DNA from: Rhodospirillales bacterium
GTDB lineage: Bacteria; Pseudomonadota; Alphaproteobacteria; UBA828
Direction of reading: 5' to 3'
Assembly (NCBI GenBank): GCA_026712885.1
Contig: JAPOPO010000196.1
Location: 1-31,819, forward strand
DNA length: 31,819 bases
The stretch's first letter is position 1. Each line of letters begins with the position of its first letter. The notes beneath the pieces are model-generated. The model did no database searches. It saw only the letters and a list, made by a program, of their open reading frames with translations, and was not told the DNA's origin. The position numbers and the translations under genes are program-made. Positions 1-8,875 of the stretch are shown here, piece by piece.

Positions 1-502
1 CCGCGGCGGTCACCTTGCTCAGGTCCAGCGCGGAGTAGGCGATTTTGAGCGTGGCGTCCGCGGCGATTGCGCCGCCGACTACCCGCGTCACCGTGCCGGC
101 GTCCGCGTCGACGGTGTAGTCGTCACCGGCGTCGTAGGTGGTGTCGGCAGCTTTGTTTTTCACGACGACGTCGCTCACGTCCCGGTCGGGCAGCGCGACG
201 ACGTCGGCGGCGATCTCGTACTCCGCCTCGGCCACCATTTTATTGTGCTCGGCCGGGTCCAGGACGTTGATGACGACGATCTGCGCGTCGAATTGGCTGA
301 GGATCTGGTCCAGGAAGGCGGGGATCGTGCCTATGTCCGCGCCGAACTGCGCGCCTTCGGCGGCCGATCGCACGAGCGTGGGCTTGTTGATCGGCCCTCT
401 GGCGGTCCCCACCACCCCGACCACGCTGCCGTCGCCGAGGCGCGGCCCCGGCGCCGCCTTGGCGCGCTCGCGGAGGATCTCGATGCCGTGGAGGTAGCTC
501 AC
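1..502 (-). CDS. Tail sheath protein (P2 FI-like), N-terminal part; runs off the window
   Basis: Not in the ORF track. Manual translation from GTG at 502 gives MSYLHGIEILRERAKAAPGPRLGDGSVVGVVGTARGPINKPTLVRS...QIVVINVLDPAEH, open to position 1. The YLHGIE and VVINVLDP motifs are typical of sheath N-termini. Confidence 0.88.
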   Translation of the reverse strand, partial: MSYLHGIEILRERAKAAPGPRLGDGSVVGVVGTARGPINKPTLVRSAAEGAQFGADIGTIPAFLDQILSQFDAQIVVINVLDPAEHNKMVAEAEYEIAADVVALPDRDVSDVVVKNKAADTTYDAGDDYTVDADAGTVTRVVGGAIAADATLKIAYSALDLSKVTAA

Positions 503-601
503 GATGCAGAGAATATTTCCATCGCGCGGGTATGATGTGTCCCGGTGACGGCATTCGCCGCCCGGTGGCGCCGCCAGCGGATCGTCACGACGTGGGGCAT
601 C

Positions 602-1504
602 TCAGGTCTTTATCACGTACCTGACAACCCCGAACGGCTGCATGTTGTTGTGGGCCCTGTCGCCGCCGGTGGAGCCGGTCGACAATACTGTGTCCGCCTC
701 ACCGGTGCCCGAGTCAAGGGTTATCGCCCCGGCCTTTGGTACGCCTAAACGACTACCAAGGCGATGCGTGTGGGAGGGCATCTCCTCCACCGTCAGCCTA
801 TGCGTCTCCGCTCCGCCCGTGGCGCCGCGTGACCTTTCGGTCAGCCCCGCGCCGCCGTCGCCGCGTCCGACCGGCACGCGGCCCCTCAGATCGGGCAAGC
901 TGAACGTCCGCGCCCCGTCGCCCGCGCCGTAGGCGGTCCCGATGGCGCGGAACAGCCGCGCGTAGTCCGTGCGGCTCACCGCCGCGCCGTCACACTCCAG
1001 CCATCCGGCGGGCACGTCGGCGGCGGCGCTCATCTTCACGTCGCCCGTGTCGGCGGTGTGGAACACGATAGTGGGCGTGGCCGTGAGATTGACTTCGGCG
1101 GTTGGGTTGACGAGTTCGATGATGCCGGCCAGCGTGAGTTTCTGGCCCGCGACCAGCGCGGCGAGCGAGCCGCCGACGGACTCCGCCGCCCAATACGCGG
1201 CGAGGAATTCCGCCCCGGCTCCGATCCTCGCGAACAGCCCCAGTTCGGTGACGCGATATGAGCCGGTCGAGGTGATGTCCACGCGCCAGGCGATGCGCGC
1301 GGGCACCTCGGAATTGCCGCTGACGGGCGCGGCGTCCTTCGGCGTGCGCAGCGCCGCGCGGCTTGTGTCGTCGGCGTTCCCAGGCTTGAGCCCGCTGCCG
1401 GCCTGCGCGCGGGTGAACCGCACGGTGCGCGTGCCGACGTTTGCGCCGTCGGCGATCGCCGCCAGGCCCGCGGCCGTCAGTTTCAGCGTTGCATGATTCG
1501 CCAC
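602..1504 (-). CDS. Short tail fibre protein (P2 H-like N-terminus plus tail collar domain)
   Basis: N-terminal LTAAGLAAIA...ELGLFA baseplate-attachment region; C-terminal collar motif GDVKMSA...GWLECDGAAVSRTDYARLFRAIGTAYGAGDG..TFSLPDLRGR. Confidence 0.88.
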   Translation of the reverse strand: MANHATLKLTAAGLAAIADGANVGTRTVRFTRAQAGSGLKPGNADDTSRAALRTPKDAAPVSGNSEVPARIAWRVDITSTGSYRVTELGLFARIGAGAEFLAAYWAAESVGGSLAALVAGQKLTLAGIIELVNPTAEVNLTATPTIVFHTADTGDVKMSAAADVPAGWLECDGAAVSRTDYARLFRAIGTAYGAGDGARTFSLPDLRGRVPVGRGDGGAGLTERSRGATGGAETHRLTVEEMPSHTHRLGSRLGVPKAGAITLDSGTGEADTVLSTGSTGGDRAHNNMQPFGVVRYVIKT

Positions 1505-1507
1505 GGT

Positions 1508-2032
1508 CTATCTCCTCACGTCCGCGCGGGCATAAAAGACGGGCACCGCGGCGGAGGCGGCCGCCACATCGATCTTGTCGGCCATCGCCTTGGAGACGAA
1601 CGTCACGTGCACGCTCAGCCGTTTCACCTGGTCGACGAGGTCGTGGACGGTCAACAGCGACCGGATCAGCGAGTCGGAGTTGTGCAGCGTGACGGTGATC
1701 GTGTGGTGCTGCGCGCCGCGGTGTTCGGTCAGATCGTATATCGCCCCGGCAAACGCCAGTATCCGCCGGATCGCGGCGACGGTCCCGTGCCGCGACCGGT
1801 TGGCGGCGGTGTCGGCGACGGCGGTCCGGCGTCTTTCCTCGCTCCAACCCGAGTCGTAGGGGGCGGTCCCGTAGGCGGCCGCGAGGCGCTCCAGCCACGG
1901 CTCAGGGCACAGCATGGGATCCCAGAGCGTGCCCACCGTGTCCGCCTCCAGGGCGAGCAGCCGCGCGGCGGCGGTGTCCGCCATGGCGCGTTCGAGCGCG
2001 GTGGCGTTCGGCGGCAGCAGCGCGGCGCTCAT
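1508..2032 (-). CDS. Tail protein I (P2 gpI-like)
   Basis: LLPPNATALERA...LWDPMLCPEPWLERLA...HGTVAAIRR. Start placed at ATG 2032, which overlaps the J stop by 4 nt. Confidence 0.9.
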   Translation of the reverse strand: MSAALLPPNATALERAMADTAAARLLALEADTVGTLWDPMLCPEPWLERLAAAYGTAPYDSGWSEERRRTAVADTAANRSRHGTVAAIRRILAFAGAIYDLTEHRGAQHHTITVTLHNSDSLIRSLLTVHDLVDQVKRLSVHVTFVSKAMADKIDVAAASAAVPVFYARADVRR

Positions 2033-2901
2033 GCGAGCGTCACCGTGAGTCCGCCTCTGGGGTGCGTCCCGGCCGCGTAGTCGCGCGCGGTGTCGGCGGT
2101 GGGCCACGGCGCCACGATCGCGTCGCGCACGACGTCCGCGGCCGGCGCGCTGAGCGCCACCTTGACGACGCCGGACACGTGCAGCGCCGCGGTCAGCCCG
2201 CTGCGGGTGACGTAGCCGTTGAGGCGGTGCTGCGCGGTGCAGTAGGCCGACAGCGCCGCCCGCGCGGCCGCCAGCGTCGCGGCGGGATCGGCGCCGGCCT
2301 GCACGGTGATTTCCGCGGCGACGGTGTACGGCCGGATCGTCGGGCCCGTCACGGTCACCGTGTCGGTCTGAGGCCGTGCCTCTTCGTCGTTCAGCGCCGC
2401 GCGCACGGCGGCGAGCACGGCGGCGGAGGGGATCCCTTCCGGGGTTTCGTCGCTCAGCACACTCACGGTCACCTCGCCTGGCGCGGGCGAGAACGCCCAG
2501 ACATCGACGATCCGGTCGTCGGCCTCGCGCGCGAGGGTGCGGTAGGCGGCCCTGGATCCCGCCGCGGGCCGCTCAAGCGACGCCACGGCGCGATCGCGCA
2601 GCGCATCGTCCGCTTCGCCCGCGAGGCGCCGGGTGCCGAGGTTGGCGGCGAGCACCTCCATGTTCGGCCCCTCGGCGGTAGCCATCGACAGATCCAGCGC
2701 GGCGCTGTTGATGCGCGCGCGCAGCAGCAATTCGATATAAGCGCCGGTTTCCATCGCCTTGATCGCGGGGTCGGACGCGACCAGCGCGTCGAAGTCCTCG
2801 TACCGCGAGCGGAAGTCCGCCAGCCACGCCGCGCGCAGCGTCTCGTAGTCCAGCCGCTCGACCGCGCGGGGCGCCGGCAGCGAGTCCCAGTCGAACGCCA
2901 C
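2029..2901 (-). CDS. Baseplate assembly protein J (P2 gpJ-like)
   Basis: LPAPRAVERLDYE, SDPAIKAME.GAY.ELLLRARIN.AA, AGS..AY, SPAPGEV.V.VLS, RPQTD.VTV motifs. Confidence 0.93.
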   Translation of the reverse strand: MAFDWDSLPAPRAVERLDYETLRAAWLADFRSRYEDFDALVASDPAIKAMETGAYIELLLRARINSAALDLSMATAEGPNMEVLAANLGTRRLAGEADDALRDRAVASLERPAAGSRAAYRTLAREADDRIVDVWAFSPAPGEVTVSVLSDETPEGIPSAAVLAAVRAALNDEEARPQTDTVTVTGPTIRPYTVAAEITVQAGADPAATLAAARAALSAYCTAQHRLNGYVTRSGLTAALHVSGVVKVALSAPAADVVRDAIVAPWPTADTARDYAAGTHPRGGLTVTLA

Positions 2902-2904
2902 GGC

Positions 2905-3366
2905 TCAGCCCTCCAGGTGGCGGGACCAGGCGGCGTCGCGGCGCGCGGCCGATGCCCCAACCCCGGCCTCGGCGGCCAGCGCGGCGGCCTTGGGGCGCCC
3001 GTCGCCGAGCCACCAATCCCCCCGCGCGCGGTCCGGGTCGGCCGCGTCCATCGCCGCGGCCGCCCCCGCGAGCACGGCCAGCCACGGCGGGTCGCCGGGA
3101 CGCGCGGGCGCGGACCCGGGCTCCGGGTCCGCCCCGGGAGCCGCTGTGGGCGCCTCCTGCGCCGCCTCGGGGGCCGCGGGCGCGGAGGCCGGTGTCGTCG
3201 TCAGGTAGCCCCTGGCGACGCCGTAGGCGCCGCTCACGGCGTCCAAACGCACGCGCTCCCCCGCACGCACGACGTCGTCGGGCGGCGCCGTCCAGGCGCC
3301 GTCGCGCCACACCCTCACCGTCACATGGGGCCATTTGCGAGTGAAGGCGGCGGTGAATTCGTTCAT
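2905..3366 (-). CDS. Hypothetical virion-region protein with Pro/Ala linker and C-terminal G.PKA.ALA...RDAAW domain
   Basis: Fills the V-J gap with 1-3 nt spacing; C-terminus resembles that of 5125-5436. Confidence 0.65.
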   Translation of the reverse strand: MNEFTAAFTRKWPHVTVRVWRDGAWTAPPDDVVRAGERVRLDAVSGAYGVARGYLTTTPASAPAAPEAAQEAPTAAPGADPEPGSAPARPGDPPWLAVLAGAAAAMDAADPDRARGDWWLGDGRPKAAALAAEAGVGASAARRDAAWSRHLEG

Positions 3367-3367
3367 A

Positions 3368-3985
3368 TCAGTTCATCTTCTGCGGCGGCGGCGCGGCGCC
3401 GTTGGCCGGGTGGGTGTGGGTGTTGTACGTGCGGCGCATCTCGGCCATGGTGCCGGTGGAGTCCTGGACGTCTCCGCCCGCCCCGATGTTGCCGTCCGCC
3501 CCGATGTCGCCTGTCGCGGTCAGCGCGCCGTCGATGGACACGTCGCCGCCGATGGAAACGCTGGCGTCGTCCGGCAGATCGATTGTCAGGGCGTGCGCCT
3601 CGGCGTCGTAGCTGAACACCGCGCCGTCGCTGGCGCGGCGCAAGACGACCTTCTCACCGGGCGTCGGGGCCGGATTCTCGGAGGTGTACAAGGCCGGCAG
3701 CGCCAGTCCCTGGGCCAGATCCCCGCCGGGGCTCAGCAGGACCGCCCGCTCGCCCACCGACGGGGGGTCCCAGGTCAGGTCGTCTCCGGCGCGGGCCGCC
3801 AGCCAGGGGCGCCAGCCGGTCAGCGCCTCGGCGCCGTCGGAGGCGGTGTGGTAGGCCACCCGCACCCGGGCCCCGTCCACCTCGCGGACCGTGCCGAGGC
3901 GGACGATGTTCTCGATCCTTCGGGCGAGCTCGGCCAGCGCGAAGTCCCGCTCCAGCGCCCGCGGATCGTGCGGCAGCTCCATCAT
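3368..3985 (-). CDS. Baseplate spike/assembly protein V (P2 gpV-like)
   Basis: AELARRIENIVRLGTV, W.PW...RAG....WDPPSVGE...LLSPGGDL..G, YD...H.L, and C-terminal YNTHTH metal-binding tip motif. Confidence 0.93.
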   Translation of the reverse strand: MMELPHDPRALERDFALAELARRIENIVRLGTVREVDGARVRVAYHTASDGAEALTGWRPWLAARAGDDLTWDPPSVGERAVLLSPGGDLAQGLALPALYTSENPAPTPGEKVVLRRASDGAVFSYDAEAHALTIDLPDDASVSIGGDVSIDGALTATGDIGADGNIGAGGDVQDSTGTMAEMRRTYNTHTHPANGAAPPPQKMN

Positions 3986-4605
3986 CGCGGGTGAATCCTC
4001 TCCGTCGGCCTTTCCGGCCACGGCCGAAGCCGCGGAGTCACCCACAGTTCAGTGGCGGGCCCGTCGACCGGCCGCTCCGGGGACGCGGCGCCCATGCGCA
4101 CCTCCTGTTTCCAGGTCACCGTCCACAGCGCGATGCGCTTCTCCGCCAGGGCATCGGCGAAGCCGTTGTCCAGGCGCACGTCGTGGGCCCCTCCGATGCC
4201 GCGCAGGTCGCGCAGACGCTCCGGAATGCCGAGGCGCCGCGCCTGCGCCTGCGCCAGTGCGGACAGATTCCATTGCGCCTCGGGGATGCGCACGAGCAGC
4301 ACCGCGGCGATCGCCTCGGCCACCGCGTCGGCGTCCAGGTCCGAGTCCTTGGCCCGCCCCAGCACCACCGCGGCGTAGCGCGCGAGCACGCACCGCGTGG
4401 CGTCGCCGGCGTCGTCGTTGGCCTCCGTGCGCAGGAACGCCACGTAGACCGCGGGCGCGCGCGTGCTCAGCCGCGTCAGGCTCGCCTCGCCGACCCGCCC
4501 GCCGTAGACGTCCACGGTCACCCGCCCGACGCCGGGCGCGTCCTCGGGCAGCCAGGCGCGGATCTGCCCCGCGGCGGCGGCGGCGGGGTCCAGCAGCGCG
4601 GCCAT
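3982..4605 (-). CDS. Mu gp37-like (DUF1834-like) tail completion protein
   Basis: Follows gp36-like gene; RAPAVYVAFL and ALWTVTWKQ motifs. Confidence 0.7.
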   Translation of the reverse strand: MAALLDPAAAAAGQIRAWLPEDAPGVGRVTVDVYGGRVGEASLTRLSTRAPAVYVAFLRTEANDDAGDATRCVLARYAAVVLGRAKDSDLDADAVAEAIAAVLLVRIPEAQWNLSALAQAQARRLGIPERLRDLRGIGGAHDVRLDNGFADALAEKRIALWTVTWKQEVRMGAASPERPVDGPATELWVTPRLRPWPERPTERIHPR

Positions 4606-5117
4606 CAGGGAAAGCGCTCCGGGAGCGGATTGCGGGGGAAGTTCCCCAGCGCCGTGCCGCCCATGGCCGGCTCGGCGCGGGGCAGGGTCCGCACGCGGCC
4701 CCTGGGGGCGATCTCCGCGCCGCCGGCGTCCAGCAGCCGGCCGCGGTCGCCGGCGAGGGAGTCGAGCGCGGTCCGGGAGCGGCGCGCGGCGTATCGCGCA
4801 CCGTCGGGCACGTCGTCGCCGTGGAGCCGCTCCAGCGCCAGATCCGTCACGATCGCGGCGACCGCGGGGGCGCCTGAGGAGGCCGTCCAGTCGTATCGCG
4901 CGGAGAGCTTCGCGGCGACCAGGGCGGTCGCGTGATCGAGCGCGGTTTGCGCGCGGGCGGTGGCGGCGGCCACCTCGGCGGTGTCGTCGGGGCCCCAGCC
5001 GTCCGGTTCGTCGCCGCCGAGCAGCACCTCAAGCTGCTCGTCGGTCAACCCGAAGGCGGTGGCCATGCGGGCCACCGGCCCGGCGCGGGCCAGTCGGGAC
5101 ACCGCGACCGGGGACAT
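4605..5117 (-). CDS. Mu gp36-like (DUF1320) head-tail adaptor
   Basis: FG..EQL..L, ALDHATALV.AKL.ARY, IVTDLALERL, RY......LD.LA.D pattern; position after capsid gene. Confidence 0.8.
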   Translation of the reverse strand: MSPVAVSRLARAGPVARMATAFGLTDEQLEVLLGGDEPDGWGPDDTAEVAAATARAQTALDHATALVAAKLSARYDWTASSGAPAVAAIVTDLALERLHGDDVPDGARYAARRSRTALDSLAGDRGRLLDAGGAEIAPRGRVRTLPRAEPAMGGTALGNFPRNPLPERFP

Positions 5118-5124
5118 TGCCCGG

Positions 5125-5436
5125 TTACCCGGCGGCGGCGCCGCTCAGGGATACGTGCAGCGCCCAGGCCGCATCGCGTTCCGCGGCCGTGACCGGCTCG
5201 CCCCGCGCCTGAGCGAGTGCGCTCGCCTTGGGCACCCCGGCGGCGGTGTAGTCGCCGGCGTCCAGGCCCTCGATGGCGCGCCGGATGCGCTCGACGGGGC
5301 CGGCGTCCGGCTCCGCGATCGCGCCGGCGGCGAGCAGCCCCGCGGCGATGTCGCCCTCGGGGTCCAGATCGATCGGCTCGCCCACACCGTACAGCTTGCG
5401 GTCCAGGGACACCTGTTCCAGCGTCACGTACTGCAT
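5125..5436 (-). CDS. Small head-region protein (HI1506/Mu gp35-like)
   Basis: MQYVTLEQVSLDRKLYGVGEPIDL...GVPKASALA...VTAAERDAAW; ATG overlaps the capsid stop (TGATG). Confidence 0.7.
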   Translation of the reverse strand: MQYVTLEQVSLDRKLYGVGEPIDLDPEGDIAAGLLAAGAIAEPDAGPVERIRRAIEGLDAGDYTAAGVPKASALAQARGEPVTAAERDAAWALHVSLSGAAAG

Positions 5437-6380
5437 CAGTCCACCACGTCCTTGAAGAGGTAGCCCGCGTCCCGGCCGGCGATGACGGGGGTGTCCTCGC
5501 TGGTCATGGGATAGACCCAGGCGCCGCAGGTGCGGTCGTACCAGGGCATCTCGGCCATGGGGTAACCGTTGAGCCGGTAGGTGTAGCCGAAGCTCGGCTC
5601 GCCGCGGTCCATCATCCCCTGCGCCAGCGAGGCGGTGTTCGTGTAGGCCAGCACCGCGAACTTGCCCCAGGCGGGCACGAACGCGCCGGGCTCGCCGTGG
5701 CGCGCCTCGCCGACGGCGAAGTGCTCGACGTCGAAATACGCCTTCAGCGTGTCCTGGGTGACCTGCGCCTCGGGGCCCCGCACGTACTTGATGCGCTCGA
5801 TGACCGCCGGTGCGTTGCGCAGCCTCGAGTACCCCTCCGAGCCGATGACCAGCGTGTTCGGCTTCTGCGCGATGGCGCCCGCGACCTTCTGCTTCGCGTT
5901 CTCGACCGCGTCGGCGGGATCGGAGCCTGCGGCGTCCCACTTGCTCGCGCCGGCCAGCGTCTCGACGTGGGTCGGATCGTAGTTGGCCGAATCGGTGGCG
6001 AGATCCGCCGCGGCTAGCTCGATCTGGAGCCCGACGTTCGCCATCACGGAGTTGCTGGCGCGCTGGCCCATGTCGATCATGAGCACGGCCTCGGCCTCTT
6101 CCTGGTGCTCGACCGGCACCTCACCGTCCAGGGCCTTCTGGACGGTGGCGTAGGGCTTGCCCTCGTGCCCGACGGTGACGCGCTGCCTGGCGCCGCCCGG
6201 CGCCCGCACCACGTTGCGCTTGACGAAGTCGTCGGCGTGGAACTCGATGATCTTGCCGGCCCGCTGCGCGACCAGCGCGTACGGGAAGAGCATCGCGAAA
6301 ATGAACGCCGCGTTGCGGTATCCCCTCGCCAGCGTGGTGACGACGGGATCGACGACGCGGATTTCGCTGAGCGATTCCAT
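5436..6380 (-). CDS. Major capsid protein
   Basis: RVVDPVVTTLARGYRN..FI...LFP, KPNTLVIG, WGKFAVLAY, EPSFGYTYRL.GYP, final AGYLFKDVV. Confidence 0.92.
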   Translation of the reverse strand: MESLSEIRVVDPVVTTLARGYRNAAFIFAMLFPYALVAQRAGKIIEFHADDFVKRNVVRAPGGARQRVTVGHEGKPYATVQKALDGEVPVEHQEEAEAVLMIDMGQRASNSVMANVGLQIELAAADLATDSANYDPTHVETLAGASKWDAAGSDPADAVENAKQKVAGAIAQKPNTLVIGSEGYSRLRNAPAVIERIKYVRGPEAQVTQDTLKAYFDVEHFAVGEARHGEPGAFVPAWGKFAVLAYTNTASLAQGMMDRGEPSFGYTYRLNGYPMAEMPWYDRTCGAWVYPMTSEDTPVIAGRDAGYLFKDVVD

Positions 6381-6415
6381 GAACTGTTCTCCTGCGGGTC
6401 AGATCCGCTACTGGA

Positions 6416-6763
6416 CTACTGGATTGTGTTGACCAGGATGTCGATGACATCCCCGTCGGCGGCGGCGGCATCGAGCGCGCGCCCGACGCACACCGCATTG
6501 CCGGCGTGCGCGGCGATCTTGCCCGCGGCGGTGACCATTATTTTCGCGTGCTTGGCGATGGCGCCGCTGGCGACCCCCTGGCACTGGCCGATCGCGGTGA
6601 CCGCGAACGTCTCGCCCGCCGCCGCGTTGTACAGCGCCGGGCCGGCGGCCCAGCCGCCCGCGGCGGGCAGCGCCCCGTCGGGCGTGGCGAAGAGGTTCTC
6701 GGCGATGGCGACGGCGGCCCTGGGGACCGTGAGACGAAGGACCGGGATTTGAGCCCTGCTCAT
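6416..6763 (-). CDS. Capsid cement/decoration protein (DUF2190-like)
   Basis: Ala/Gly-rich 115 aa ending GRALDAAAADGDVIDILV; start overlaps protease stop (TAATG). Confidence 0.8.
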   Translation of the reverse strand: MSRAQIPVLRLTVPRAAVAIAENLFATPDGALPAAGGWAAGPALYNAAAGETFAVTAIGQCQGVASGAIAKHAKIMVTAAGKIAAHAGNAVCVGRALDAAAADGDVIDILVNTIQ

Positions 6764-7230
6764 TAGCTGGCCCTCCTCTGCACCGCGCGCACCGCGTCGA
6801 TGTAGCTCACGCCGTGCTCGGCGGCATGCGCCGTGGCGTCCTCGTGGAGCCTCAGCCTGTCGGCGTCGGCCTTGCGCCCGGCCGGGGCCGCGAAGCTCAC
6901 GACGGACCCGCCGTGGGGCGCGTCGGCGCCGGGCGCGGACTCGCCCTGGGGCACGCGCGCCGGCAGCGCGGAGACGAAGTCGCGCAGCCACTTCGCGGCC
7001 TGGCCGGGCTCGTCGGCGTCGGCGAAGTCCACCGTCGCGGAGTGCTCCTCCAGCGCCGCCAGCACGTCGGCCAGCGGGCCGGCCTCGCGCGGCAGCACCC
7101 GCCCGGCGTCGGCCTGGGCGTCGGCGAAGCTCACGGCGGACTCGCGCCGCGTCTCGGCTTCGCGCGCATCGATCGCGGCCTCGCGTTGTTCGATCGCGGC
7201 CGCGCGGGCCGCCAATTCCTGTTCGTCCAT
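6763..7230 (-). CDS. Probable nested in-frame scaffold protein (Mu gpZ-like)
   Basis: In-frame ATG (MDEQELAARAAAIEQREAAI) preceded by GGAGA after a Pro/Thr linker; Mu I/Z use the same nested arrangement. Confidence 0.65.
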   Translation of the reverse strand: MDEQELAARAAAIEQREAAIDAREAETRRESAVSFADAQADAGRVLPREAGPLADVLAALEEHSATVDFADADEPGQAAKWLRDFVSALPARVPQGESAPGADAPHGGSVVSFAAPAGRKADADRLRLHEDATAHAAEHGVSYIDAVRAVQRRAS

Positions 7231-7854
7231 CTCGTCTCCGGTGGGTGTGGTTTCGGTGGGTGTGGGCGCCGGCGCGGAAAACCGCTCGTCCTCCGACGCG
7301 GCGTCGCGGACCGTCTCGATCTCGTACTCCGGCAGGATGCGGTCGGCCGTCTCGATATCGTTGTTCTCGATGATCCAGTCGCGGACCCCGGAAAACAGCG
7401 AGGCGACGGAACGCCACGTCCACGGCTTCGCGTCGAACTGCACCGTCAGGTAGTCGTCGTCGGCCTCGAATGCCACCGCGCCCAGGCCCGGGCAGCCCGG
7501 CGCGGCCGCGCCCAAAAGCCCCACGTGGCGCAACGCGAATTTTCCGGGGTGGGGATTGCTGCGGGCGTCGGGACGCCAGAAGCTCGCCGACACGCGGCGG
7601 TATTTGCCCTCGTCGACGATCTTCTTCACTTCGGGATCGACATCGCGGATCGTGCCGTGGAGCACGCCGGCGTCGTCGAATTCCAGCGCCTCGACCCAGC
7701 CGAAGCTGGGGTGGTCGGTGCGCGGATGACCGATGACCAGGGGTGCGGGGTCGGACGCGGAGTCGTACAGCTGCGCGCAGCTGCGCACCGCGGCGTCGTC
7801 GAGCGCCGCGGGCGCCCAGCGGCCCGTCCGGAATATGGGGATGCGCAACTTCAC
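6763..7854 (-). CDS. Head maturation protease (Mu gpI-like) with C-terminal scaffold region
   Basis: IPIFRTG, APLVIGHP, GWVEAL, KYRRVSASF, LRHVGLLGAAAP..PGL motifs. Confidence 0.92.
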   Translation of the reverse strand: MKLRIPIFRTGRWAPAALDDAAVRSCAQLYDSASDPAPLVIGHPRTDHPSFGWVEALEFDDAGVLHGTIRDVDPEVKKIVDEGKYRRVSASFWRPDARSNPHPGKFALRHVGLLGAAAPGCPGLGAVAFEADDDYLTVQFDAKPWTWRSVASLFSGVRDWIIENNDIETADRILPEYEIETVRDAASEDERFSAPAPTPTETTPTGDEMDEQELAARAAAIEQREAAIDAREAETRRESAVSFADAQADAGRVLPREAGPLADVLAALEEHSATVDFADADEPGQAAKWLRDFVSALPARVPQGESAPGADAPHGGSVVSFAAPAGRKADADRLRLHEDATAHAAEHGVSYIDAVRAVQRRAS

Positions 7855-7917
7855 GCACGAATTATTGTGTCGGGATGGGGACCGCTTACGGCAGGTTGTC
7901 GGCAGGCGCGCCGCCGA

Positions 7918-8077
7918 GGTATCGAATTCCGGATCCTCCGGAGCTGAAGCTGCTGCAACGAGGTATCGATTTTCGGCGCCGGCTGCCGTCCAGGACGGCG
8001 AGATCGGTATCTGTTCGCAGTATCGGCCGGCCTATTGTCGTGGCGATCCCGGCGACGGGCGAGGCCCGGCGGTATCG
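7918..8077 (+). repeat. 160-bp direct repeat, copy 1 (copy 2 at 24604-24763)
   Basis: Ungapped hand alignment, 21 mismatches in 160 nt (about 87%); GGTATC at 7918, 7962, 8006 and 8071. Confidence 0.95.
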
Positions 8078-8099
8078 ATCGGCCCGCAGTCGGGTCGAC

Positions 8100-8315
8100 T
8101 CATCGATGCACCCACCGCGAAATGTCATCCGCGAGCGAAAAGGCGGCGCGACGGGCGCGAAAAATGTCGTCGACGCCGCTGAGGGCGTAACGTTCGGCCA
8201 GTGCCGCCGCGGCATCGGCCAGCTCCGTCCTGAGCTCGTCTTCGGACTTCACCCGGGGCTGGCAATAGCACTGAATGAGGCCGGAGAGGCGGCATCTGCA
8301 AGGCGACGCGCTCAC
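8100..8315 (-). CDS. Hypothetical 71-aa protein, last gene of early operon
   Basis: GTG overlaps DUF1643 stop (GTGA); MSASPCRCRLSGLIQCYCQPRVKSEDELRTELA. Confidence 0.55.
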   Translation of the reverse strand: MSASPCRCRLSGLIQCYCQPRVKSEDELRTELADAAAALAERYALSGVDDIFRARRAAFSLADDISRWVHR

Positions 8316-8875
8316 GGCAATTCTTTCCTGAGGCCCTCGATCGACCGCGGCACGAGGTCGTAGGACAGGTACAACGGATGCGCCGGCGAGCCGTTGAAAT
8401 TCAGGCGGAACGCATCGGCGCTGCCCGCCTCGAACAGGTGCCACAACAGGTGTTCGTCCGCGTTGAGCATCCGCGGCACGAGCGGGTGGACGCCCCAGCC
8501 CAGCACCAGGTACCGCGGGTTGTTGTCGACAACAACCCCGATGGTGGTCTCGTTGCGCTCGCCGGGGCCGAACACCTGGCCCGGGTCCTCGAACGGATCC
8601 AGGGTCAACAGGTTGCCGGGGTGCGTCGCGATCCGCGCGAACGCATTGACGACTTCCAGGCGCATGCAGCCCAGGCGCCGGGCGAAACCGACCAGCTTGC
8701 GCACGGTCGGATCGTCCTCATCGGCATCGGCGCTGGAGGGGTTCAGTCCGGCGAACGCCAGCGTGCCGGAGCCCTCGCCGAAGTTCCTGCCCCACTCGCG
8801 CCACAGCCGGTACCGGAAACGCCCGCACCCGCTGATCGAAGCGCCCTGGTCGAGGTATTTCAGGGCCGAGCTCAT
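8312..8875 (-). CDS. DUF1643 family protein
   Basis: A.ISGCGRFRYRLWREW, GLNPSSAD...DDPTVRKL.GFA, VVNAFA..ATHP, LGWG, G.PAHPLYL. Confidence 0.88.
   Translation of the reverse strand: MSSALKYLDQGASISGCGRFRYRLWREWGRNFGEGSGTLAFAGLNPSSADADEDDPTVRKLVGFARRLGCMRLEVVNAFARIATHPGNLLTLDPFEDPGQVFGPGERNETTIGVVVDNNPRYLVLGWGVHPLVPRMLNADEHLLWHLFEAGSADAFRLNFNGSPAHPLYLSYDLVPRSIEGLRKELP

Noticed and set aside
7918-8077. GGTATC repeats or the RTCCC array as CRISPR-like mini-arrays
   Set aside because: Conserved units are only 5-9 nt, far shorter than CRISPR repeats, and no cas genes are present.
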